Source: Candidatus Didemnitutus sp.
Lineage (GTDB): Bacteria; Verrucomicrobiota; Verrucomicrobiia; Opitutales; Opitutaceae
Direction: 5' to 3'
Assembly: GCA_030681265.1 (NCBI GenBank)
Contig: JAUXXD010000201.1
Location: 7,870 to 71,869 of the forward strand
DNA length: 64,000 bases
In this document: in pieces, positions 38,458 to 47,043 of the stretch
Layout: each line of letters opens with the position of its first letter
Position numbering within the stretch: the stretch's first letter is position 1
The notes under the pieces: generated by a model
Told to the model about the DNA's origin: nothing
Databases searched by the model: none
Seen by the model: only the letters and a program-made list of their open reading frames with translations
Made by a program: the position numbers and the translations under genes

Positions 38458-40518
38458 TCACAGGCGGACGCGGCGTAACCGCAGGGCGTTGGCCACGACG
38501 CTGACCGAACTCAGGCTCATCGCCACACCGGCGAACATCGGATTCAGCACCCAACCAAACATCGGGTAAAGTAATCCGGCAGCGAGAGGCAGGCCGGCAA
38601 TGTTGTAGGCGAAGGCCCAGAACAGGTTTTGTTTGATGTTGCGCAACACCGCGCGGCTCAAATGCACCGCGCGCACGAGCGCCTGCAAATCGCCTTTGAC
38701 CAACACGAGTCCGGCACTGTGCATCGCGACATCGGTGCCCGTGCCCATCGCGATGCCGACATCGGCGGCGGCGAGGGCAGGCGCGTCGTTGAGGCCGTCG
38801 CCGGCAAAGACCACGCGCTCACCGCGCGCTTGGTGCTCGCGCACGAGCTCCTGTTTGCGCGCGGGAGTGACTTCGGCGTGGAAACCGTCGAGTCCAAGTT
38901 CGTCCGCGACGGCTTTTGCGGCGGCGGTGCGATCGCCCGTGACCATGTAGACGCGCAGACCCTGGCGCTGAAGTTCGCGGATCGCGGCCGCCGTCGTCGG
39001 TTTGATTTGATCGGCCAGCGCAATGAGTCCGGCCGCTTGGCCGTCAATTGTCACGGCGACCAGCGTCGCGGTCGGGTGCGCGGCGAGTTGCGTGCCGACG
39101 GGCGCGCGACCGACGTTTACCTGCCGTCCGTCCACGCGAGCGCGAACACCGGCGCCGGGTTCGGCGGAAAATTCTTCCGCGGCGGTAAACGTGAGTGAGC
39201 GATTCTTGGCGGCGTCCACAATAGCGCGGGCGAGCGGGTGCTCGCTGAATGACTCCGCGGCGGCGGCGAAGCGCAGCACGTCGGCTTCGGTGAAATTATT
39301 CTCCACTTGCACAGCGACAACTTCGGGCCGGCCTGCGGTGAGTGTGCCGGTTTTGTCGATCAGCAACGTGGTGGCGTCAGACAACGCTTCGAGTGCCGCC
39401 GCATCTTTGACCAACACACCCGCTTGCGCGCCGCGACCGATGCCGGTGACGAGCGAGACCGGCGTGGCGAGACCGAGGGCACACGGGCACGCGATGATCA
39501 ACACCGACACGGCGCTCATCAGGCCGTAGAGCCAGCCGCGCTCGGCGGCGAGCAGCGTCCACGCGACGAACGACGTGCCCGCAATCGCGAGCACGACCGG
39601 AAAGAACCACGCGGACACGCGGTCGGCGAGTCGCGCGATTGGTGGCTCGCTCTCAGTGGCTTGTTCAACGAGCCGCACTATTTGCGCGAGCAACGTGTCG
39701 GCTCCGACGCGTTCGGCGCGGTAGAGGAAGGAGCCCGTCGTGTTCAGCGTGCCGGCGCTGACTTTGTCGCCGGATTTTTTGACAACTGGTAACGGTTCGC
39801 CGGTGAGCATCGATTCGTCGATCTCGGCAGTCGAGTGCGCGAGCACGCCGTCCACGGGAAGATTCTCGCCGGGGCGCACGCGCAATTGGTCGCCGGGATG
39901 CACTTGATCGACGGCGACGTCTTCTTCGGTGCCGTCGGCGCGCACGCGGTGCGCGATTTTCGGGGCGAGTTCCATCAACGCGCGAATCGCGGCGTCGGTG
40001 CGCGCGTGGGCGCGTTGCTCAATGATCTGTCCCAGCAAGACCACGGTCGTGATAAACGCCGCCGCTTCGAAATAGAGCGGCACACCGTGGTGCGTGCGGT
40101 ATTCCTCGGGGAAGTGGCGCCAGAGCAACACGGCCGCGATGCTGTAGAAATAGGCCGCGCCGGTGCCGGTCACGGTGAGCGTGAACATGTTCGGGTCGCG
40201 CTCGCGCAGTGATTTCCACCAACGCTGGATGAAGGGCCAGCCGCTCCAGAAAAAAATCGGCGTGGTCAACGCGAGTTGCCACCACGCGGAGACGTTGGGC
40301 GAGACGAAGTCGACAAGGCCGGGCCACACCATTTCGCCCATCGCGAGCACGAGCACGGGGACAGTCAGCACGGCGGCGACGTAAAATTTCGGCCGCAGAA
40401 AACGCTCGTGCGGCAGGCCCATGTAAACGGGCGCGTTGGCGTCTTGCTCGGTGTGGGATGAAGGCGAAGCGCCGTGTGCGTGGCCCGAGTCGGCGGAAGA
40501 GGAGGCGGAATGTTTCAT
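38458..40518 (-). CDS. copA: Copper-translocating P1B-type ATPase
   Basis: TGEP, IACPCALGLATP, DKTGTLT, GDGLNDAP, YN and M..SS in the last helices; His-rich N-terminus with no CxxC HMA domain. Confidence 0.9.
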   Translation of the reverse strand: MKHSASSSADSGHAHGASPSSHTEQDANAPVYMGLPHERFLRPKFYVAAVLTVPVLVLAMGEMVWPGLVDFVSPNVSAWWQLALTTPIFFWSGWPFIQRWWKSLRERDPNMFTLTVTGTGAAYFYSIAAVLLWRHFPEEYRTHHGVPLYFEAAAFITTVVLLGQIIEQRAHARTDAAIRALMELAPKIAHRVRADGTEEDVAVDQVHPGDQLRVRPGENLPVDGVLAHSTAEIDESMLTGEPLPVVKKSGDKVSAGTLNTTGSFLYRAERVGADTLLAQIVRLVEQATESEPPIARLADRVSAWFFPVVLAIAGTSFVAWTLLAAERGWLYGLMSAVSVLIIACPCALGLATPVSLVTGIGRGAQAGVLVKDAAALEALSDATTLLIDKTGTLTAGRPEVVAVQVENNFTEADVLRFAAAAESFSEHPLARAIVDAAKNRSLTFTAAEEFSAEPGAGVRARVDGRQVNVGRAPVGTQLAAHPTATLVAVTIDGQAAGLIALADQIKPTTAAAIRELQRQGLRVYMVTGDRTAAAKAVADELGLDGFHAEVTPARKQELVREHQARGERVVFAGDGLNDAPALAAADVGIAMGTGTDVAMHSAGLVLVKGDLQALVRAVHLSRAVLRNIKQNLFWAFAYNIAGLPLAAGLLYPMFGWVLNPMFAGVAMSLSSVSVVANALRLRRVRL

Positions 40519-40580
40519 ACGATGTGACTAGTGAAACCACGAAGGGCTGACGCGAACACGCGCCGTCGACTCCGAGGTGT

Positions 40581-40667
40581 TTAGGAATAGAGGAGATAAA
40601 AGGTGATAGCGAGCGCGACGGGCAGCAGGAAGCGCGCGAGCAGGAAATGGCGAGGATAGGCATTCAT
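40581..40667 (-). CDS. Putative 28-aa small membrane protein
   Basis: MNAYPRHFLLARFLLPVALAITFYLLYS, co-oriented just upstream of copA. Confidence 0.35.
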   Translation of the reverse strand: MNAYPRHFLLARFLLPVALAITFYLLYS

Positions 40668-40671
40668 GGTG

Positions 40672-40863
40672 TTAGCTGGTGCGGCGGAGGCGAGTGCTGG
40701 AGATCGCGCGATGGATGCGGGCGAAATCCCAGAGGACGAGCGCCATGGCGGCGTTGTGCACGGCGCAGCGGCACGGTGCGCCGTGGCGACGGCAACGGCA
40801 CGGAAAACAACCGCAAGGGCCGGTGCGTTTTGCGGGATGGAAGGAGCGGGTGATTTTGGACAT
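40672..40863 (-). CDS. Putative 63-aa Cys-rich small protein
   Basis: MSKITRSFHPAKRTGPCGCFPCRCRRHGAPCRCAVH; stop 4 nt before the next ATG. Confidence 0.4.
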   Translation of the reverse strand: MSKITRSFHPAKRTGPCGCFPCRCRRHGAPCRCAVHNAAMALVLWDFARIHRAISSTRLRRTS

Positions 40864-41021
40864 GGGAGGATGCGGTTCAACCCGGAGACGGACCACGCGG
40901 CGGAATCTTACGGCGGGAACGAAAAATGGGCGGTGCGCCGCCCATGGCGTATGATTACGCCTGGGCTGCTTCTGCATCGACGCCGTCAGCGATTTGGCGT
41001 CAGAAATGCGGGTAAGTCGCG

Positions 41022-42842
41022 ATGCCCTTCTCCTGCTTTCTCTTCATCCAGCGCGCGTGCCGTGCGGGTTTGTTTGCCCGCCGCGCGCCGGCCTTCGTTG
41101 GCGCGCTGTGGCTCGTCGCATTGGGCGGGGTAACCCCCACCGCGTTCGCCGCGCCGTTGCCGCCGACGGCGTTGATTGCGATTTCCGGCAACAACAGCCT
41201 GACGTTGCGTTGGGAAGCGTCGGCCGGTGCCACCAGTTACACGGTGCAACGCCGCACGTCACCGACCGGCACGCTCACCACGGTGGCGACCAATCTCACC
41301 GCACCCACCTACACGCAGACGGGACTGACCAACGGCACAATCTATTACTACGTCGTCACCGCGATCGATGGCACGGGCGCGAGCGCATTCTCCAATCAAG
41401 CGCGCGGCACGCCCTACGCGCCCGTAGTGCCGAGTAACGTCGTCTGGCCGTTGGCCAACTCGAGTGCGGCGGACGCCGATGTGATTCGCTACGCCTTCGG
41501 CCCGCGCAACATTGGCCGCTACGATTTTCACGGCGGCCTCGATCTTAACGCCCCCGAGGGCACGCCGATTTATGCGGTGATGGCGGGCACCGTGACCAAC
41601 AAGTCGACGTGGGACGGAGTGACTTCGGGCAGCGGCAACAGCCTCCTCGTCAATCACGGCGGGCAAAAGTGGGCGGCCTACTTGCATCTCAACGCGTTCG
41701 CCAACGATATCGGCATCGGCTCCGAGGTTAAGGCGGGCGATCTCCTCGGTTACGTCGGCAAGACTGGTTCCACCACCAATCACCTTCACTTCACTTACAT
41801 GGTCGGCCTGACGTCGGAGTCGGTCAGCGAGTCGCGCAGTCGCTCGCCGTTGGAGATTTTGCCGCACACCACCACGACCGCGGCGACGGCCAGTTTTCGC
41901 AACAACGGCACCGGCATCGTCGATCTCTTCATCCCCGCGCAACAAAACACGATTCGCTGGATCATCCTCAAAGGCGACGGCCTCACGCGCCTCGTCGATT
42001 ACTACGACATCGTGGCGCAAGGCTCCACTGACCGCGACACGCAGCGTCAATACGGCGTGCTCTTCAACGTCGCCGCGCCGACCCTCGCCTATCCCGCGGG
42101 AGGCGGCACGGTGCAAATCTGGGTCGCGCCCGATCCCGCCAGCGACTTCCCGCCGGAGCGCGTCATCGTGCTCGATTTTAATGGCAACACGCTGATCGAT
42201 CGCGTCGCGCTGCCGCCGTCGGCACCGGGCAATTTCTCCGCGAACGCCACCAGCACGACCGCGATCTCGCTCACGTGGACCGCGTCAGTCGGGGCGGATT
42301 CCTACACGCTCGAACGCAGTCCGACGGGCAGCGGCAACTGGACATCTCTCGCCTCTTTTCCCGCCAACTCCGTCACCCACAACGACACGATGCTTACGCC
42401 GCAGACGAATTATTTCTACCGGCTCAGCGCAATCAACACCGCGGGGCCGTCGAACTACGCGTCGGCCGCCGCCGTCACCCAGTCGCTTTATCACGCGTGG
42501 AAACTTTCCCACGGACTTTCCCCGGCCTTGTCCGACGATTCCGACGACGACGGCGACGGGCTCACGTTGTTCATGGAATACGCACTCGCGCTCGATCCGA
42601 CGCAGGCCTCGCAAGTTGGCGCGCCGGTGCTCACGCGTTCGACCGGACGCTTGGAACTGACCTACCGCCGCGCGCGTGCGGAACTGACATACGCAGTGGA
42701 AACCTCGACAGAGCTGACGGCGTGGACGACGAACGGCGTCACGCAAACGCACGCGGTAAACGGTGACTTCGTGACCGCTTCGGTCGTGCTGGAGGAAACG
42801 GGAAAGCGCTTCCTGCGACTCGTGGTGCCACGCACGCCTTAA
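41022..42842 (+). CDS. Secreted M23 family metallopeptidase with two FN3 domains and a C-terminal DDDGDG-containing domain
   Basis: HGGLD (HxxxD), YLHL, HLHF; FN3 signatures LRWEAS..ATSYTV and YYYVVTA; start uncertain. Confidence 0.85.
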   Translation: MPFSCFLFIQRACRAGLFARRAPAFVGALWLVALGGVTPTAFAAPLPPTALIAISGNNSLTLRWEASAGATSYTVQRRTSPTGTLTTVATNLTAPTYTQTGLTNGTIYYYVVTAIDGTGASAFSNQARGTPYAPVVPSNVVWPLANSSAADADVIRYAFGPRNIGRYDFHGGLDLNAPEGTPIYAVMAGTVTNKSTWDGVTSGSGNSLLVNHGGQKWAAYLHLNAFANDIGIGSEVKAGDLLGYVGKTGSTTNHLHFTYMVGLTSESVSESRSRSPLEILPHTTTTAATASFRNNGTGIVDLFIPAQQNTIRWIILKGDGLTRLVDYYDIVAQGSTDRDTQRQYGVLFNVAAPTLAYPAGGGTVQIWVAPDPASDFPPERVIVLDFNGNTLIDRVALPPSAPGNFSANATSTTAISLTWTASVGADSYTLERSPTGSGNWTSLASFPANSVTHNDTMLTPQTNYFYRLSAINTAGPSNYASAAAVTQSLYHAWKLSHGLSPALSDDSDDDGDGLTLFMEYALALDPTQASQVGAPVLTRSTGRLELTYRRARAELTYAVETSTELTAWTTNGVTQTHAVNGDFVTASVVLEETGKRFLRLVVPRTP

Positions 42843-42979
42843 GCCGATTCGTTCGCTCCCTCCGGTCCGCAGTCGCAATCGAGACACGCGCCGTCAGCGC
42901 AACCGCCGCAGAACGTCTTGAAGGCGCCGCGCTGCTCGTTGAGCGCGGCGATGAGTTGTTCGGGACGGCGGGAGCTCAT
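42839..42979 (-). pseudogene. 46-codon ORF resembling an internally deleted CorE-like (Cys-rich tail) ECF sigma factor
   Basis: Hand translation: MSSRRPEQLIAALNEQRGAFKTFCGGCADGACLDCDCGPEGANESA; CxxCxxxxCxxCxC tail; inside the copper locus. Family assignment is from recall. Confidence 0.55.
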
Positions 42980-43318
42980 GGCCGATTCGATCAATGCCCG
43001 GAGCGGCCATGTGCGCCGGCGTCAGCATGGCGGTGATGGCGACGTAAGCGTTCAGGTGCGCGGCGCGGACCGGGATATCGCATCAGCTCGGCGGCGCGGG
43101 CCAGACCCATGCCCCGGGCGGCGAGAAGGGTGACGAGAGCCGCAGGTTGAAACATGGGAGGGGAGTTGGACGTGGAGGGCGTGGAGCGGGAAGCCGGCGG
43201 CGCGATACGCGTCGAACCACGGTGTTGATACGCCACCGCGGAATTTTCCCCGCGAAAATAACTCGGTGGTTCTGCGAGATTTTCCGAGGGGTTTCGTCTC
43301 CGGGAGCATATTACCCGC

Positions 43319-43732
43319 ATGAACCTACCGCGTTCCTCCTCGTTGTTCTTCGCCAGTCTCGCTCTGGCCTTTGCCTCACCGCTGGTCGCGCAGCATCAGG
43401 GCCATGCCGGCCACGGCGCCGCCAAGCAGCAGGAAACCGCCGCCACCAAGGGCAAATTGGGCAAACTCACGAAAGCCGAAAAGCAATCCGAGTGGGCGCA
43501 GCAGGCGCGCGCCAATTACCCGTTGGACGTGTGCGTCGTATCCGAGGAAAGACTCGACAGCATGGGGGGTGCGGCGGAATACGCGTATCGCGTCGAGGGC
43601 CAGCCCGATCGCCTCGTGCAGTTCTGCTGCGCGGGTTGCGACGGCGATTTCGCTGACAATCCCGCAGCGTTTCTCGCGAAGCTCGATGAAGCCGCGAGAA
43701 ACAAGACGGCGGGCGAGAAGCAACGGAACTGA
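43319..43732 (+). CDS. Secreted His-rich YHS/TRASH-like metal-binding protein
   Basis: Signal-like N-terminus, QHQGHAGH, CVVSEERLDSMG, QFCCAGC. Confidence 0.75.
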   Translation: MNLPRSSSLFFASLALAFASPLVAQHQGHAGHGAAKQQETAATKGKLGKLTKAEKQSEWAQQARANYPLDVCVVSEERLDSMGGAAEYAYRVEGQPDRLVQFCCAGCDGDFADNPAAFLAKLDEAARNKTAGEKQRN

Positions 43733-43747
43733 TCAAGCTGACCGCCA

Positions 43748-45010
43748 ATGCGTCTGCACTCTCCTGTTATTCCGATTGTTTCGCTCGCTGCGGTGCTGCT
43801 CACGTCGCCGGGGAGCATGGCGCAGGAGGGCGGCGGGCAACCCGATCGCGCGAGCTCGAGGGAATTTCTCCGCTTCGTAATCGACTCGCCTGCGCTGTCA
43901 GGCGCCGCCCGGCGGATCAATGCCGCCGAACGGCGCGTGGACGCGGCGGGCTTGCTGCCGAATCCGGAGATCGAGGGCATGATCTCGCAGATGGACGGCG
44001 CGATGGGTGAACGGAACCGCATGTGGGAAGTGAACGTGCGGCAGCCGTTGCCGAAACGCGGTGAACGCGCCGCGCAACGCGACCGCGCTCGCGCCGGCGT
44101 GGCGATGGCCGCGGCCGATTACGCCCTGATGGCGGGCGAAATGGCAGCGGATACCGCGATGGCGCTCGCCGAAATCGAAGGCGGTCTCGCCCGCATCCAA
44201 TTGCTCGAAGCCCAACTCGCGCGGCTCGATGCGCTCCTCCGCAGCCTTGAAGTTCGGCTCGCCGCCGGCACCCAAGGACGCCTCGCAGAGCGACTCACGG
44301 TGCAATCGCAGATCGCGGCGATGCAACTGATGCTCGAAGGCGAACGCCGCATGGTGGGCGACGCGCAAGCGGAAGCCCGCGCCCGGCTCGGGCTTGCTCC
44401 CGACGTGGCGTTGCCGGAATTTTGCGCGCCCGTGGCCACCGAGGTGAGCGCTCACGACGCCGCGGCCATCCGTCTCGCGACGGCGCGCGCTGACGAAGCC
44501 GATGCGATGGGCAAGATGGCCCGTGCCACGGCGAATCCCATGACCGCGGTCGGGCTGCGTTTCGAGCGCGGACGCACGGCGATGGGCAACGAGGACACCG
44601 TCGGCATTGCATTCATGTCGGAGTTGCCGTTTCGCAGTCGCCGGGCTTCGCGTGCGGAATTGAGGGCTACCGCCGCCGAGCGAGCCGCGGCGCAGGCCGA
44701 TGCCTCCGTGGCGACCTATCGCATCGCCGCGGCCCTCACGCGCGTCGAGCGGGCGGAGCGACTCGCGGACATCGCACGCCGCCTCAGCGGTGAAACCCTC
44801 GATCGCCTCAACGCCGAATATGACGCGATGATCCGTTCCGCGAGCGCCGGTTCGCCGATGGAATCGACCGTGTTACTGACGATCGAGTTGCTCGAAAAAG
44901 CGACGGAAGCGGACCTGCGCGTCATCGAAGCACGGCAAGCCGCCCGCGCCGCCCGCGCCGAACTCTGGCGCTATGTGCCGGCGGAGTGGTTCACGTGGAC
45001 AAAATCCTGA
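43748..45010 (+). CDS. TolC/CusC-like outer membrane efflux protein
   Basis: GLLPNPEIE..., RQPLP, helical repeats; sits upstream of the adaptor and RND pump. Confidence 0.8.
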   Translation: MRLHSPVIPIVSLAAVLLTSPGSMAQEGGGQPDRASSREFLRFVIDSPALSGAARRINAAERRVDAAGLLPNPEIEGMISQMDGAMGERNRMWEVNVRQPLPKRGERAAQRDRARAGVAMAAADYALMAGEMAADTAMALAEIEGGLARIQLLEAQLARLDALLRSLEVRLAAGTQGRLAERLTVQSQIAAMQLMLEGERRMVGDAQAEARARLGLAPDVALPEFCAPVATEVSAHDAAAIRLATARADEADAMGKMARATANPMTAVGLRFERGRTAMGNEDTVGIAFMSELPFRSRRASRAELRATAAERAAAQADASVATYRIAAALTRVERAERLADIARRLSGETLDRLNAEYDAMIRSASAGSPMESTVLLTIELLEKATEADLRVIEARQAARAARAELWRYVPAEWFTWTKS

Positions 45011-45082
45011 CACCGACTTTCGGCGCCGACAGCGCCTGCGCCCACCTCTTCCTCCCCCAAACCTTCTTCCCTTTCATCCATT

Positions 45083-45556
45083 ATGACTCGCAACCTTCTT
45101 ATTTTTCTCGGCACGTTTATGACCGGTGCGCTCATTGCCCTCGTTGCCCGTGCGGCGATGTTTCAACCACACGTGGCGCATGAAGCCGGGGCAGTCGGTG
45201 GCGGCGATTATGCGCCGATGGTTTCCAATGCGCTGACGCCGGCGACCCCCCCCGCGACCGCGCCATCGGCCACGCCGAAAAAGGCAACACCTGCGCGCGC
45301 GGAGGATGATCACGCCAGCCACGACCTCGTGGCACTGAAACAGAACGCGACGAAGGAGACCGCGACGGCCGTGGCGGACCAGCCGGTGAACACCGTTTGC
45401 GCGATCTGCGGCATGGACGTCGACCCGAAGCTCCCGTCAGCGCAATATCAAGGGAAGACGATCGGCTTCGGCTGCAAGATGTGCCCGCCGAAATTCAAGG
45501 CGGATCCTGACCGGTGGGGGCCGCTCTATTTGAAGAACGAAGTCGTGAAGCGCTGA
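45083..45556 (+). CDS. Membrane-anchored YHS-domain protein
   Basis: N-terminal TM; VNTVCAICGMDVD...YQGKTIGFGCKMCPPKF. Confidence 0.75.
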   Translation: MTRNLLIFLGTFMTGALIALVARAAMFQPHVAHEAGAVGGGDYAPMVSNALTPATPPATAPSATPKKATPARAEDDHASHDLVALKQNATKETATAVADQPVNTVCAICGMDVDPKLPSAQYQGKTIGFGCKMCPPKFKADPDRWGPLYLKNEVVKR

Positions 45557-45568
45557 ACATTTATCCCC

Positions 45569-46891
45569 ATGCGCGCACCTCCTGTTTTTGTCATCGCCAT
45601 CGCCGGACTGCTCCTCGGGGCAGGCTTCGTGGTTCTGCTGCCGGAGCAATCGCTTTTTCAGGTTGCCGACCGAAACGACGACGCGGCCGCCGCCGCGCGG
45701 GGCGAGCGCTACGCCTGTCCGATGATGGATTTCATCGGCAACCGTCCCGGGGCCTGCCCAGTGTGTGGCATGCAGATGACGAGGGTCACCGCCGGCGAAC
45801 TGACCCGCGAACAACAGCGGCGCATGGGCGTGGAGTTGACGACCGCGGTCATGGGCGCGGCGACGATGACGGTGCGCGGATACGGCATCGCGGATTATGA
45901 TACCCGTTACGCCTCCGTCGTGATTCCACGGGTGCCCGGTCGCGTGGTGAAGCGTTACATGGCGACGTGGGGTTGCTGCGAAAGTATCGCCGCCGGTGCG
46001 CCGATCGTCGACCTCTACAGCCCCGAAGCCTATTCGGCGCAGGGCGAACTCGCGGCGGCGGTGAAGCTCGGCGACCAGCCGACCATCAACGCCCTCCAGG
46101 AACGCTTTGTCCGCTGGAATCTCGCCGATGTCGCCGAGGCAATCATCGCGGGCGGGGCACCGCGCGATGTCGTGACGATTCGCTCGCCGTTCGCGGGCAC
46201 GGTCGTGTTGCGCGATTTCGAGCTGGTGAGCGAAACGGTCCAAGTCGGCCGGGAAGTGACCGCCGACACGCCGCTGTTGCGGTTGGTCGATCCGGATCGT
46301 TTGACCTTGGTGGTGCAAGTGCCGGAAGGGCAGGCGCGCTTTTTGCGGGAAGGCCAACCGGTGCGGATTGCGAGCGATGAGCTGGGACCGCTGCCGGACA
46401 TCGAGGCGAAGATCGAGCGGTTGAGCTTTGAAATCAGTCCGGATACGCGCACCCGTGAAGTTCGCGTCTACATTCGCGGGGCCGCCGCCGTGTTGAATCC
46501 CGGCGCGCTCGTTTCGGCGCACATGCAAGGCGTGCTCGACGAAAATTTGCGGCCGGCCGATCCGGAGGATCCCGATACGTGGGGTCGTTTCGTGCTCGTG
46601 CCGAAGACGGCGGTGATTTCCACCGGAGTGCGCAACGTGGCGTGGCGCGTCGCGGGTCGCGAGCGCGACGGTCGGCTGCGTTTCGAACTGGCGCCGCTCG
46701 CGCTCGGTCCGCGCCTCGAGGACGACGCGGGCAACGATCTTTACGTCGTGCGCGCCGGGTTGCAGCCCGGCGATGAAGTGGCGACGCAGGGGGTGTTCCT
46801 CATCGACAGTCAGGCGCAACTCGCGGGCACGCCAAGCCTGCTGTTTCCGCATGGCGCCACTGCTCCCGCGGCGGGCGGACATTCGCATTGA
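45569..46891 (+). CDS. cusB: CusB-like RND periplasmic adaptor with heavy-metal-binding domain
   Basis: YACPMMDFIGNRPGACPVCGM, LYSPE, TIRSPFAG, FLIDSQAQL. Confidence 0.85.
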   Translation: MRAPPVFVIAIAGLLLGAGFVVLLPEQSLFQVADRNDDAAAAARGERYACPMMDFIGNRPGACPVCGMQMTRVTAGELTREQQRRMGVELTTAVMGAATMTVRGYGIADYDTRYASVVIPRVPGRVVKRYMATWGCCESIAAGAPIVDLYSPEAYSAQGELAAAVKLGDQPTINALQERFVRWNLADVAEAIIAGGAPRDVVTIRSPFAGTVVLRDFELVSETVQVGREVTADTPLLRLVDPDRLTLVVQVPEGQARFLREGQPVRIASDELGPLPDIEAKIERLSFEISPDTRTREVRVYIRGAAAVLNPGALVSAHMQGVLDENLRPADPEDPDTWGRFVLVPKTAVISTGVRNVAWRVAGRERDGRLRFELAPLALGPRLEDDAGNDLYVVRAGLQPGDEVATQGVFLIDSQAQLAGTPSLLFPHGATAPAAGGHSH

Positions 46892-47043
46892 GATGAGCCG
46901 GTTTCATCCGCTGCGACACATCCCGGCGCTGCGCGCCACCCCGCGCCAGCGGGGATCGTCGGCTGCTGAAGTCGAGCCGGTTGCAACCGGTCCCACCCTG
47001 AGGGGCTTCGTCGCTGCACTGGATTGCTCGCGGTAATTTCTTC

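Noticed and set aside
42980-43160. Small ORF or frameshifted remnant upstream of the sigma-like mini-ORF
   Set aside because: No frame gave a recognisable protein.
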